Program-made: the position numbers and the translations under genes
In this document: in pieces, positions 50,101 through 62,136 of the stretch
Numbering within the stretch: the stretch's first letter is position 1
Layout: each line of letters starts with the position of its first letter
Notes under the pieces: generated by a model
What the model was told of the DNA's origin: nothing
Seen by the model: only the letters and a program-made list of their open reading frames with translations
Databases searched by the model: none
Assembly (NCBI GenBank): GCA_002633005.1
Contig: NMRA01000020.1
Span: 1,074,803-1,138,802 of the forward strand
Origin: Phoronis australis
Taxonomy: Eukaryota > Animalia > Phoronida
Length of the DNA stretch: 64,000 bases
Direction: 5' to 3'

Positions 50101-53100
50101 TAACCACAAGTAAATCTGTTGTTTTGAACACAAGACACAATATTGTTATCAGGCCAAAGGGCTTTCTGAACAGTGAAGAAAGGACGAATTTAATTTGACA
50201 TACGCTTTCTTAAAATCTAAGAATATATTTTATTCATTAAGGTTATTATTTGTATAATATGATATTATGGCCTGTATTAATTTAACATTTTGACCAATAA
50301 ATCATTTTGAAACAGAATTTTGGTCTGGATGAATAAACTTTCAAATTGTACTTATTTGTTCTGTTGGCAATAACCAAGTTTGTAAATAATTTGTAGTCAC
50401 AATTCAATAACGAAATAAGTAGTTCTTTGCCTTTGGGAGGTTGAAAATTTTCCTGTTTTAAAATTGTAATTAATACATTCCAAAAGGTATAGTATCCCAA
50501 AATGTTTAATTTATAAAATCTGTATCCTAAACTGTCATTGCCTGGTGTTTTATTGTTTTGGGGTTGTTTTAAAGCTTCATAGAGCTCATTCTCTGTTATC
50601 TCTTGTTCTAATAATAAGGGTTGGGCAGTACTTGTAACGCTAGGCAGAGTGAATATATCAGGGAAATCTATATGCTAATTAGTCTTTTTCAGAATTGAAA
50701 GCTTCATAAAAAGGTCGTTGAATGTTTTGTATCTCTTTTGGGTCTCGGGGTCACTGTGCCATTTGACTGTTATATGTTTTTACCATGGTTACGTTTTCAA
50801 GATTTAAACAATATTTAGAAATTGTTTCACCTTCTTCCCCCCACTGGATGTGACTTCTGACAATTACTACCTGCCAAATAGTTAAAAAGTCAACATTTTT
50901 AGTCCATGATCTATCAGTTACTTTAGCCACTGCTTTATGTATTGGAGACATTGCTAGTGCAGTAACTGTTCTGCTGCACTCAATGTGACTTTACGGGATC
51001 AGATTTTCTGATAAACAGGCCTCTTGACAACATCGAGACTTGTACAAATCTATTGAAAAAGTACAAGGTACCTCAACACGGACCAAGTTTCTGTTGAATG
51101 TGGTCTGAAGATTTTTTTTCTAACCTAAAAATCATTAATTTTTTATCATCGTAAGAACAAGATATGATTGATTTTGTAAGAGAAGGTGACGGGTATATTA
51201 TTATTCATATTTTAATTTTGTTGATTGGTTTTAAATTAATATTTGTTGTTACAGGTAACTTGGCATGAGGTTGCTCGACCTCAAATCCATGGATACGACC
51301 TTCAGTGCATAGCCATGATTGGCCGATTTAAGCTGGCCTCAGGTGCAGATGAGAAGGTCATTCGCATCTTTGAGGCTCCAAGAAGCTTTATTAAGAACTT
51401 TGGCATTATCACAGGCTTGGATGTGTCACAGGAGCTTTTGCAAACTGTAAGGACTTTGTATTGGTATTACTGCTTGTGATTTGTGATCACTACATTATTT
51501 CCTAGTGCAGTACACTTTTCAAATACTTTATTGAACTAACAGTACCCAAACCTGTAGAGGATGGCTGGGGGATAAGTGCAGAGGGCTGGGTAGTCAGTTG
51601 CTGTCTACACTGTTGCCCCAGGTGGTGTCCTGAAGCCCCTCCCTGTGACATGCTTCAGATGTCATATACTGTTCTTTATATTAATCCATCATATAGACAA
51701 CAGCAATGGGTTACAGAAAGGTTTGCTATAGAGCCGCTGTCGAGGCACCCCTGCTGCCATCTGTGTGCTGACCCACATGCCACCTAGGTCACCATTGCTC
51801 TTGCTGCCTCTTACTGAATACTTAGTTGGATACTCTGACTCCAGTCCGCTCGCAGATCATGTGCTGCCTGGTTACTGCTCGTTCAACAAAATATTTGTGT
51901 AATGTCACAGCTGCATCTACACGATTCATGAGCTCTTTATGACCGGAACATCAAAATTTCCTTAAATCACATTAAAGTTGCCATGATTACCATGAGATTT
52001 CTTGTCAAATTATGTTCAGTTTGTTGTTAGTAATAACCATCGAAAATGTTCAATAATAAAACTAATGAATAATCACTAAAATTTGCTATAAAACCAGATC
52101 ATGTTGTTTTCTATTGTTGTTTTCATGTCCGAGTTTTATCTTAGCTTGCAGAAGGAGCCAGCGTCCCAGCATTGGGCCTGTCAAACAAGGCTGTGTTTGA
52201 AGATGCTCAACAGCCACTGGTGCAACAGCGAGATGAGCTACAGCCACACCCCAATGAACAGTATGCTGACTCTTACTTTAAGTCAGTCAACATGAATGGT
52301 ATGTTATGAGTCCCTATAAGCATAGGCTGATTACTCACAGCAATTTCTTAAGTCAGCCTTACCATATGGTAAAATTTAATTACCGGGAAATGGATAACTT
52401 TTATCACTTGCCGAAAGCGATGGAGATTTAATAATAGGCGTGATCTGTCTGTGTCCATGCAGAGATTATAGTTCTGTGCCCAACTCCTACATTTCTAAAC
52501 GGATTTTGACCCAACATTCAAAAAGGTATGCTTACGAAGTATCGTGGCATCAACTTTATCTTTTTCTGAATTTTGACCTGTTTTCGACTTTCACATAGTT
52601 ACCTGTATAGGCAATCGCTTTTCTGTATGCAACTCCAAATATTTCAAAGGGATCCATCCAACTTTCAAGAACGTATGCTCTCGAAGTGATGTAGGGCATA
52701 CCATTGATTCAGCATTTTGTGATTTGACTAGTGTGTTCTTACTTTTAGCCCGTCTTGATTTTTAACATCTGTGTAGAGAAATGGGTCCTCCCCGAGCAAC
52801 TACTCAAAGACTTACATTTTAAGGTGGATTTCAGTCAAAAATTTTATTAGTTTGTAACTGTGCTTAATATGAAGTGTTGACAGCATTTTGCAACTTTTTT
52901 AGTATTTCCTTAATTTTGGCTCCCTTGATTTCCATGCAATATTCTACCCCCTACAGGGATATTGCTACCTGTGACTGCTTGTTGGCCTACTTTTCAGAAA
53001 GAATTATCGAAATTGAAGGGTTGTAATGTTTTTTATTCTGTAAAAAATAGAGAAATCAATTGTTTTCTTCGTGTGTAGATTTCTTTTGGGCCAAGACAGA

Positions 53101-56100
53101 CATGTTTTAATCAACTTCTTTATCTTGCTTTATTGAAGGCAATTATTATAGTTTATTATTATCCTTCCCAACTTTTAATAGGTCACTGAGATTCCTTAGT
53201 GGGCATCTCTGAACAAGTATCGGCATCGTTTGTATAGCAGTTTATTACTCAGTAAATTTAATGTGGGAGGTGACAAGATACATTATTTTCTCACCTGCCA
53301 TCCATATTGTTGTTTCATTTCCTTTATTCAGCACCCATAAGTTTTATTGCTTTGGAATGCATGCACCTGTGTTGTTTAAAAACTTTGTTTGTATAATTTC
53401 ACCACTTTGACAGAATTCTGTCTGACTCTGCCAAACTTGGATGACCGTCTTGCCAGATTCATCGGAATGAAATGACATTTTTGTCACATTCGAGTCATAG
53501 TTTAATGATTCATCGGTGGCTCGCTGCCAACTGCAGAGAATGAACTCCCTGTGACAGGTGACATTCTGTGACAAAACTTGCTTGTCTGAAATTCTGTGGC
53601 ATTTTGAGATTTCTGTGACAAAATGTGACCCTGCAAGTCAGTGTCAGTATTTTGGTTGGTTTGTTATTTTATACTGCATCAAGTGGCAGTTCCTTTCTCA
53701 CAAGTTGTAAAATTATGAAATTTGTCGTTGACAAATATTGTGTCTCGCAAGTGTGAGGAAAGCAAAGTTGATTCGTCTTATCCATGTGAAAGGCATCAAA
53801 TTGAGACTTTCTTGTCAAAACGCTTTGGCAATTGAGACTTCCCTGTGACATATTAAAAATTGACAAATTGTGGCTTCCATTGAACATTAATCCATTCTCT
53901 ATAGTTGTTTTTTGTGAAAAGACTGGAAAGGCAAGTTGTCATGCTTTTAACAAAGTGTGTGGAGCCCCGCATCTATTGAGATTTTATTAAGAATTTGCCA
54001 GAATTGAAACATGAAAACTACGACTGTATGCACTGATCAAGAATGTTCAGTTACTTATCTGATTTTACTTGAGCCGTTCTAATTGCATTAATTTGTGCTT
54101 TTCAGAACCTCCAACAGAGGAGAATCTCTTACAAAATACTTTGTGGCCTGAAACACAGAAGTTATATGGCCATGGTTATGAGATCTTTGCTGTAGCATCC
54201 AATCCCCAGGGGACTGTATTGGCCTCGTCGTGTAAGGTGAGTAACAAATAAGCTCACTATTTAATTGACTCTTATCTATGGTAAAAATTCTTCAAATTGA
54301 TGTATTTCGGTTATTAAAGGCTTACCGAATTGTTGCAAAAGCTCAAAGTAATGGCTACATCATACAAGCTACACTATAAGCAAAGTAATTTTTTCTAAAA
54401 ACTAAGGAATTTTTGATTCAAGCCATTTGTGAGTTTTAAGGCTTTGGTGTAGATGAATTGTGTCTAGTTAATGCATTGTATCAATAAAAGAAAATTAGAA
54501 GACAGTTATCCGTCCGTAATGTTTTGTTGACAGGCAGCTAAAGCTGAGCATGCTTCAGTAATATTATGGGATACCACAACATGGCGCCAGATTGGACATT
54601 TGCCATCCCATAATCTGACAGTGACCCAGTTAGCATTCTCAGCCAGTGGGAATTATCTCCTGTCTGTGTCACGTGATAGGACATGGTCAATGTTTGGAAG
54701 GGGTACAGTGGAGCCAGGTGAACCATTTGATTTGTTTTGGCCTGTTTGTGTATGTGGCTGGGGAGAGACACGAAACTGGGAACTGTTTCCCTTTTAGTAG
54801 TTTGCAGTTATGTGTTAAATGATTTATTTGTAATGAAATTTGATATTGGCAGAACTTTTGAATTCCAATTTAAGTGACTGTTTATGTTATTTTGAATTAT
54901 CGTTGTCAATGAAGTGCAAAATTAATTCAACTTGGCAAGGAAATAATTATATAAAGTTATCAAACTCAGTGCTGAACCAATCTTTCAAAGGATTTGATTT
55001 AATGTTTAATCAAAATATTTCCACTGTCAAAATCACTGGAGAGCACAGTCCAAAACCAGGCACTGCATTGTTTCTCAGTTGAGCAGCTATGATACGTCTT
55101 GATGGAGTGCTTGACCGCCAGTAATTAATATGACATGTTTTTGCTGCAGGTTCCTTTGTAAAAGTTGCTGGAACAGACAAGAAGACCAGTGTTCATTCTC
55201 GCATTATCTGGTCTTGTTGCTGGAGTCCAGATGAGAAGTTCTTTTTCACAGCATCTCGGGACAAAAAGGTATTGTCAATATCTGTGGTAATACTTGTCTG
55301 CTGCTGTCTTAATTCACAATTATGACTGAAAATCAATTTGCACTGATTGGCGGTCATTGTACCATTTTTGATAGCTAAATGTTAGTTTAGCTAAAAGATT
55401 TTTGATTATTGCTGTTAGTTTAAGGTTATATGGGACCATTGGAAAATATGTAAAATTAATTTGGCTAACTTTGGAACATCATATTTCGAAATGGCTGATT
55501 CGATTCCTGTGAAACTTTCAGATATCATGCTTTGTGCACTGTTCTCCAAAACTTTGTTAGGGGTTGTTTTCAAAATGGTCCACTTTTACGTGAAGGGCTA
55601 AACAAAAAATTGACTTTTATGAAAATCAGAAATGTGATCTCACGCTCCACACAACTATTTCTGACAAAAAAATTTCAGTGAAGTGTCTGAGTATAATAAA
55701 CACTAACTTCTAATTACTGAGATAAAAATTTTGTAGACTGTGATGTGCTCATTCTTACTTGGCTAAACCATATTTCTGCAATGTGAATTGAGAGTGTAAG
55801 ACAAAGTTTCCATATTAAGCAGCTTCGTCCCCAACCCTCCAGATGGTGCATATCGGTTTAGCCATTTCAGGATTGGTGAAGGAGGTGATATCCATTGTGT
55901 GCGCTGATTGGGGGTAGACGACATTCACTGCTGACGAGACCATCACAAGAAACCTTCAAACACTTGAATCTCTGAATACTTATTCATACCAGACAAAGTT
56001 CTTCAAGATTCTTGTCCTTACTTCTTTGATGTGATCAATTTGATTATTTTTTTCCAGAAATTAAACAAGATTGAAACGCTGATTTTGACTATTTTCACAG

Positions 56101-58651
56101 GCGTTGCTGTTGCTATTATTCATGATTAGGAAGTAGAAAATACTGTTTTCGTTATTGTTTGAAATAAAAGGTACTTGCTTACTTATTGTCAATTCTAATT
56201 TGTTAAAAGCATCATAGAAATTATCCGGCTTTTGAATTCAAATACATCAATTTTTTTTTTATAAATATGTGGACGCATTATGCCATCATCTCTGTCCATC
56301 CGGCATCCATCCGGTGTGCGCTGCTCTATCTCCAAAACCCTTTGACGTATGTTCATGAAATTTTGTACATATGTTCCTTTTAAAGATCCGACTGCCGGTG
56401 TGCTCCCTAGTGGTAATTTTAGTTTTTACGTTAACTTTATCTCTGTACATTCAGAGGTCCTCAATGTCTTTTCATAAAATATGGCATCTAGGCATTCATT
56501 AGTGAGATGATGCTATCCTCCCATTATCAGATGGTCTCCACATAGTTTGCGCCACCTAGTGGCCATTTTTACTGTTTTCGAGTCTGTTTTTTGGCATCCA
56601 CCCCTCTGTCAACCAGTGTTCTTACTAAGAAAAGAACGGCTGACAATGATTTTCCAACGACTTCAACTACTGTGGCACCTCTTAGTGGCAGTTTTTGTTT
56701 TGCGCCCATGGCTGTATCTCCTAAACTGTGCAAGATTTTTACTAAAATTTGCAAGATTAGTGTATTTATATGAATATGTATATACGGATGACCATGACTT
56801 TCGGATGGATCTGACTATTGGTATGCCCCCTAGTAGCAATAGTTTTTTACGTAACTTTACCTATCTGCAAAGGTCCTCGACGGATTTTCATAAAATTTGG
56901 AATATAGGCATATATTGGTGAGATGACACTATCTTCCGGTTTTTGGATGGAATGGAGGTATTTTGAGCCATCTGGTGGTCATTTTTGCTGTTTTTGAGTC
57001 CACACTCTATCAACCAAACCATTCTAAGGATGATTTAGGTGAATTGGTGTATATGTTCTCAGTGTGAAGAAGACAGTAGACGATCACAACTTCAACTACT
57101 GTGGCGCCTCCTAGTGGTAGTTTTGTTTTGCTCCGAGTTGCTATAATTGTTCAATGATAAATGCAGCCATTTTGATTATTTGTAGTATACTGTAACAGGA
57201 AATTTCAGAGGTGATATAACTTAATAGCACTCGTGATATTCCTGTGATTTCCGTAATTTAATATGTGTCAGAATTCTGGCAAGTAAATTTCTCGTCACTA
57301 AGCCTCAAATGACTAAACTGATTAGTGCCGTCTTGAGGCTTGGAGACGAGGTTGAGTCGTCTCTTTCATGACACAGTTGATAAGTTTCCAGCAACATTTT
57401 CGGAATATCAAAACCCGGGAGAGGTCATTGCGCATTTTGGTACAAAATGATTCCAAAGTGAGAAGTGGCCCAATTTCCAGAATTTTCCGTATCATACCTG
57501 TCGACTACATATCCGAGTTTTGTTAATGGCTGTTCAAATTCACTTGTCAGGTCATTGCATGGGCCAGTTCAGTCAGCAACAGAGGCAGCTGGGCTCCTGT
57601 ATCCTCCCATGAATGCCCAGACTCTGTGACAGCAATAGCAGTCTATGCGGAATGCTTGCAAGATGGAAGGTATAAAATCTATTTTAACCCAAAATATTTT
57701 GTATCCACGCTGCCTGGATAATTACTCTTGTTTTTACATTTATTTAATATTAATTAATGATTTGATGATTTTTATGATCATTTTGTTAATTTTTTGTTTG
57801 TTTGTTTTGTGATGTTTAAATTGTTTCATTCAAATGAGATGGCGAGATGTTGCATTGACTAGTCTTTGGACAAGACTTTTAACAACATTTAATATGGTAA
57901 CTTGCTCATTTCCTTCTTTTCTGATTAGTTATTTAGTGGCAGCTGGTATGGACAGTGGTCACATACATTTGGTGACATGGAATGCCGAGAGTAAGGACAT
58001 CTGGAGGACACTATCCAAACTCGACAAACAGTATCCTTTTATACCTTTGACGGGACATTTCCATGCTCAGAAAATGATCAACTATTTTGTTATAATACAA
58101 AGTGAGTCAAATGTCTTTGCCACTTGTACTTGTAGCTGAATTACTTTGTTTGAGGCACATTTTTTCTTCACTTCAAACAAGCCCCCTCATTTGGTAAAGT
58201 GGGCAAAAAGGTCTGCCTCGGGGAAACAAAAAGTCCGAAAAAAGTAGAAAACGAGACAAAAGTCCACTAAAAAGGCACACTAAATAGGCAGGAATTCACA
58301 CAATTCATAGCTCTGAACGTTCTCTGTTTTTTTAGTAAAAGGTTCACATTCTCAAAAATTCGAGCCCCCCTATAGGCTAGGTGCGTGCATGGTGAGTAAA
58401 ACAGTTTGTTATGAAATGAGTTGTTGCGAATGGCATGTGCTGCCCCGTGGTGGCCTTCATTTGTACTACATCACAAAAGAAATACAGCTAATTCTTTAAC
58501 TCCTGTCTTCAGACATGCCCATCACAAGACAGTCAAACGAATACAGTTCAAGAACACAAAGCATCCCTCCACAGATAAACTGATTCAATTGGCCAGTTGT
58601 GGCGCTGATCATATTGTTAGAATTTATGACATTCATCTTAACAGATTATGA
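26169..58651 (+). CDS. ELP2: Elongator complex protein 2 (WD40 double beta-propeller), 20 exons, about 811 aa
   Basis: Exons: 26169-26294, 27726-27810, 29371-29441, 29773-29929, 30577-30660, 31738-31802, 32091-32157, 32905-33072, 34325-34420, 34766-34866, 36506-36628, 38215-38367, 51255-51446, 52145-52298, 54106-54236, 54534-54717, 55150-55268, 57551-57669, 57929-58030, 58513-58651 (2436 nt, all GT-AG, phases consistent). Diagnostic ELP2 motifs: [111 protein letters not shown]. Confidence 0.97.
28590..28960 (+). mobile_element. Helentron/DINE-like dispersed repeat fragment
   Basis: Shares gccccctagtg...ttttcatgaaatttggc modules with 33130-33350 and 56270-57135. Confidence 0.5.
35392..35635. 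repeat. ~66-bp minisatellite, about 4 degenerate copies (ELP2 intron 10)
   Basis: Unit gtgtcagcac..cagctttcaagtgcttaaagcaccacctacagaagttgactgtgattgtgatct. Confidence 0.85.
36892..38049 (-). mobile_element. Possible decayed piggyBac-like element (ELP2 intron 11)
   Basis: TTAA at both ends, weak inverted ends (ccctga/tcaggg), and an internal ~50-bp duplication reading acidic on the minus strand ([17 protein letters not shown]). Confidence 0.3.
38443..41357. mobile_element. 2.9-kb non-autonomous DNA transposon with ~70-bp TIRs and GCCGACC subterminal arrays
   Basis: cagcacacatcacgaaattttgtccgcctggtcggaaattggtcga vs the reverse complement of the right end cagcacaaatcacgaatttttggccgaccggtcggaaattggtcga; TA on both sides; many GCCGACC/GGTCGGC motifs within ~200 bp of each end; no long ORF. 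Confidence 0.85.
45317..46978 (+). CDS. Intronless RING-HC + NHL-repeat putative E3 ubiquitin ligase (TRIM2/3-like RING, no B-box), nested in ELP2 intron 12
   Basis: 553-aa uninterrupted ORF with an in-frame upstream stop (45302); C3HC4 RING CTIC...CMHTFCLQC...CPVC (45890-46018) followed by LPTNIYV; C-terminal NHL/beta-propeller repeats ([75 protein letters not shown]). Confidence 0.92.
   Translation: MATKITRWNSFNKYDGDSLGESEMRPRSSTWSETNKKPPIPRQVNKDGASREPALSRNDKSYLQRQFQLGHKAVSREKLTSKADQNLINSLQKQIQNISIPDDSKPQPKSILKKPLRREQSLESDPGGKTVKFGCGVRSSSHFDLSDLEKPTLMCADRNGNVFPLGRRRASAESSISSSNIRRVIRDELLECTICLDRLKFPKMLRCMHTFCLQCLLEVVSSEQMTSSFLCPVCRETIPVPEDGLENLPTNIYVLKLLDLVGPKTLPVYSENNEPPESPSTDSSSPPTTPGVLPDSFVKRKNFCSFKVHEQIRDLVFTCDNSYLVVACADAIRICDLSGRVLRLIRHLSLAAPSRVAVGTNFIAVIDRMEHNVKTFSLEGDLLGKTNEACKEPMSIGVNSLGEVYIASNKGEVSVFSKKLDYLREFPVSEVYRPSHMAFTRWDELIISDSWDNEIKAFDSFGNLKFMYSPRNNTEGSKKVPFNPIAADKSGMTFVADSLRSRVHVVDTHGRFCGCVATKAEGVCLPVAMATSGCGYLALADSQENIKIYKYRK
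49300..50890 (-). mobile_element. Highly degenerate L1/Tx1-clade LINE ORF2 remnant
   Basis: Collinear minus-strand fragments [64 protein letters not shown] (RT motifs), with frameshifts and stops. The low-coordinate boundary is approximate. Confidence 0.8.
52398..52990 (+). mobile_element. Helentron/DINE-like repeat with internal degenerate tandem modules
   Basis: ttttatcac... start, short (tctg) microsatellite, repeated aactcc...ggattt modules. Confidence 0.4.
56270..57135 (+). mobile_element. Helentron/DINE-like repeat with ~425-bp internal tandem duplication
   Basis: (gtcc/atcc) microsatellite head; 56395-56710 is repeated at 56818-57135. Confidence 0.6.
58031..58512 (+). other. U12-type (minor spliceosome) GT-AG intron, last intron of ELP2
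   Basis: 5'ss GTATCCTTTT; branch site TTCTTTAAC at 58492-58500, ending 12 nt before the exon; the join CA|A keeps the frame. Confidence 0.93.
58181..58391 (-). mobile_element. MITE family A copy inside the U12 intron
   Basis: Homologous to 4998-5221; ends ggtgcgtgcatg; the other TIR is missing. Confidence 0.85.
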
Positions 58652-59740
58652 CAAAAATAGAGCTATTTAAAGTCAAGATGATTAGATCTCCACTTGAAGT
58701 ATTGGGCAGACATTTAATTTCGAGATGTTTTCAGGCAGGTCTTTGAAATTCCAGCACTTTGAAAGACAAATGTTACAAGTTAGGCCAGATTAATTTTCAA
58801 TTATAGTTATTGAAGCCCCAAGTCAAGCTGAAGCTTGGTTGTGTATTTGCTGTCATTAGGCTCAGGAATTGTTTTCTGAGAAAAGTACAGTCTAGTTAAA
58901 TTACAGTTATGTTACAGTTTTTAAATTAATTTAGCTAAACAGACTTCAACATCATTCTGTAGCGATAAAAAGGCAAATTTGTCAAACTTGAGTCAGTTTA
59001 ATGTGACCTCATATTACCTAGCTGCTAATTGTTCGTTTGTGAGTGCAATAAAGTGCGTAGGGTACCATCTATCCAGATTTTGTTGAAAATATGCACCAAG
59101 TGAAAAGTGTGCTAATAAAGAAGTGGATATTTTGTGTTGAAATTTAGTTGAATTCCGGCACTCTCCAATGATTTTGTAGCTGAATTAACTCGTTTCAAGC
59201 GTAGTTCGTCTTCACTCTATATGGTGCTCATACCCGAGGAAATCTTTGACCAATGTTTTGACTGAACATCATATAGGTCCATGGTAAATAATATTTATTG
59301 TAAGCTGAACAAGTTGCCTTTGGACTTTTATCAATCATTAATGATTATTTTTCCACCATTTTGAGAACCACATGGCCAGAAAATGATATTGGCAATTGAT
59401 GCGTAATTCACTCTACAATCAAGCCGAGGTCCAACAAAAGTTATATGTCGCAGAGCAACAATAACGTATAATGACCTCATTACATTACTACTACAAACTG
59501 AACAATATGCTCGTTGTCATGCAGCGTAATACAACACAGCCCATCTGGTTTACATCTGCTCCTTTACTATACATGTATGTTTCAATCAACAGGTGGCAGG
59601 ACAACTGTCTGTCTGTGTGTGCTTTGATTTGGTTACAGTTACTTTGGTTACCAAACCTTTCAGAAAGATTTTGAGAGGGTTATTATATGGTAGTTAGGCT
59701 GTAGTTGAATTTAAGTTGTGTTATGGTTAAACACATTTGA

Positions 59741-60845
59741 AGAGTTCCCACTATGCATTTTCTTAGTTTTTGAGGTTTCAGTTAGCTAATATGAAATGAA
59801 TACCATAAAATCTAACTAAATAAGCACATTTTATGTCAAATTGTTGGGAATCATAGTTTTAAAGAAAAATTGTTATTTTCAAGTTTCGCACATTCCCGCC
59901 AATTGATTCAATGGGTGGAAGAAATTTGGTCACTTGACAATGGTGGAACGCAGCAGATCAGAAGACGAGGATGATTTTGAGCTAGAACTGGAAATTATTA
60001 TGCAGACAGAGAGGAAAGTGGATCCGGGCATCACACTCAAGTACTTGAATAATCGGACAATGAATTCGGTTTCCTACTTAGCGAACTTTCGTCGGCTTTG
60101 AGGCCGTATGGACTTGACCCACTTGCACGAGAAATGCTGTAGACATGTGTGAGCCACAAGCAACTTAGGCTGAACCAAGGAGTGGTCAATATTCACAAAA
60201 CAGACGCACTAATTAGTAATCACTGACAAAGGCCATGACAGTAAACCTGGGTCACTCGTATTCACTATTGCACACATCGCATAAGCCTTCTAGTCATAGC
60301 ACTCGATCTGGATCGGAGTCGAGGGCCTGGCATCACTCGCCCTAGAGTGGAACCAGTTTGTTCGTTATTTATAACATTTTGCAAATACACTTACAAGGTG
60401 GCGAGTCCTTCATCGTAACACGCTTTTGCGTTTGTCAAACCAGGATTCCTTGAAATGTGCCGAACAAAGTGTGGCTCCGACTGAATCGGCATGTTCTACA
60501 CTGACATTCAACACTCTCGTACTGCACACAAACCGATGCCATTTCTGTGCAACTGTCACGTCTAGGAAAATTAAGTTGCTGTTAACTGCAACCTCCACAA
60601 ATGCATCTTTTCGTGTCTGAAAAAGGCAGTTCTCCGTGGACTTTCCTCACAACTCCTCAGTATCGCATTGGTAAAAACAACAACGGAGACGGTCTTCCAC
60701 CCATTACGTACAAACTCGATAATAGAAAAATATTTTTTTTGAAAAATTTGGCTCGTTTTTTCAGCAGGTCATACTTAAGGTTATTACATTAAAATTAATT
60801 TAAAAAATGTTTTTGAGACTGACAAAGAGTCGTGATGGGAACTCT
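59741..60845 (-). mobile_element. Kolobok-like THAP-containing non-autonomous element (second family)
   Basis: Perfect 10-bp TIR AGAGTTCCCA/TGGGAACTCT; minus-strand THAP pseudogene KRCICGGCS*...FP...QKWHRFV...LCSAHF at ~60615-60410; TSD degenerate. Confidence 0.7.
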
Positions 60846-62136
60846 AAGATATGGCATTCAGAAGTGTTTGAGATAATTAGTCATATGGATTCAGAGACAC
60901 AAGTATTAAAACAATCTCCCATAAGATCACTGGGTTTTATTTAATTATAGAAATATTATCACAGCACATATTAACTCTTGACTTCCTCCTACACAAATAA
61001 AATTAAACAGAAACTCATATTGAATAGTCTTCAACAATATATTAATTTGTAAACAACGTTGGACTACTCAGACTAAAATTTGTTCTAAATTAAGTTCCCC
61101 AAATGATGAATCGCTAACATTCTGTACAAAAACAACAAAGTTCAAGGTTCCCAGTGAGCCGACTAGGTAGTCCTGATACTGCATGTGAAGCAATTGTGCT
61201 TAGTTCCTCTCCCTTACAATGAGGTAGGTTTTTACTACAGCAATAAGATTTTTAAAAATGTTCTTGGAATGTTTATGTTCAGTTGAGCAACTTGTATCGG
61301 TTTGTCACCGATCAAATGTTATGGGAAAAGTTTGTATTTTGTCCTGTCCTTGTGCTGAAAGCGCCAACTTCAAAGCATACCAAGTCGGTTCACTTTTTCA
61401 CACCGGCAATCTGTTCCTCTTTTCACTCCTCTGAGAAAGAAGTGCATGTCAGATGCCACGGTTGCAATAGACCAGTCGTTGAAGATGGATTGAAACTTAA
61501 AGACAGATCTCTTGAATAGCATCACCACTTGGTGCCAAGTGACTAGCCTTTTCTCCAGCTCCCTTTCAGACTGCACCGCAACTTCGATTGCGGTTGGATA
61601 ATCTAGAGACAACCCAATAATTGAAGGGTTTGGACTGAATTAGGCACTTTCAGACCAGCTGGGACCATATAAAACCCACATATTTGTTCAGTTTAGAGCA
61701 GTTCAATTATTCTTTTCAGCAACGTAATTATTTGGTCCACTTTTGCTAAGATTTTATACATCTATGTGAAATCGGCTCACAAGTGACCTGGCTGACTTTT
61801 AGAATTTTCTTACATAATAACCTCTGCTTTGGGGATTGGGTGCAGTGACCTGTGAATACACTTGTTCGGGGCTACATGACGTGTGTATTCCAATTGTGGA
61901 TCTTGAGTGGCTTTGTGTTCAAGTTCCGAACTAACGTGAGTTTTAACACACTAAGTTTTCCACAATTTTCCATTTCTAGGGTGGCGCATGTTGGCAGTAA
62001 TTTTTCTCTAACTTGCTTTATCTTAATTTGAAGATACGCACTACTGTGCCTTCTTACGTCACAGTCTCACTTCAAGGTCATGGCCCAGTGAAACCTGAAC
62101 CTGGCATTGGTTATAATGATTGCTGGCAGTTGGCAA

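Noticed and set aside
61370-61612. 80-aa minus-strand ORF after an acceptor-like ctctag
   Set aside because: No recognisable domain and it lies downstream of the stop at 62137; more likely 3' UTR, although an alternative last exon cannot be excluded.
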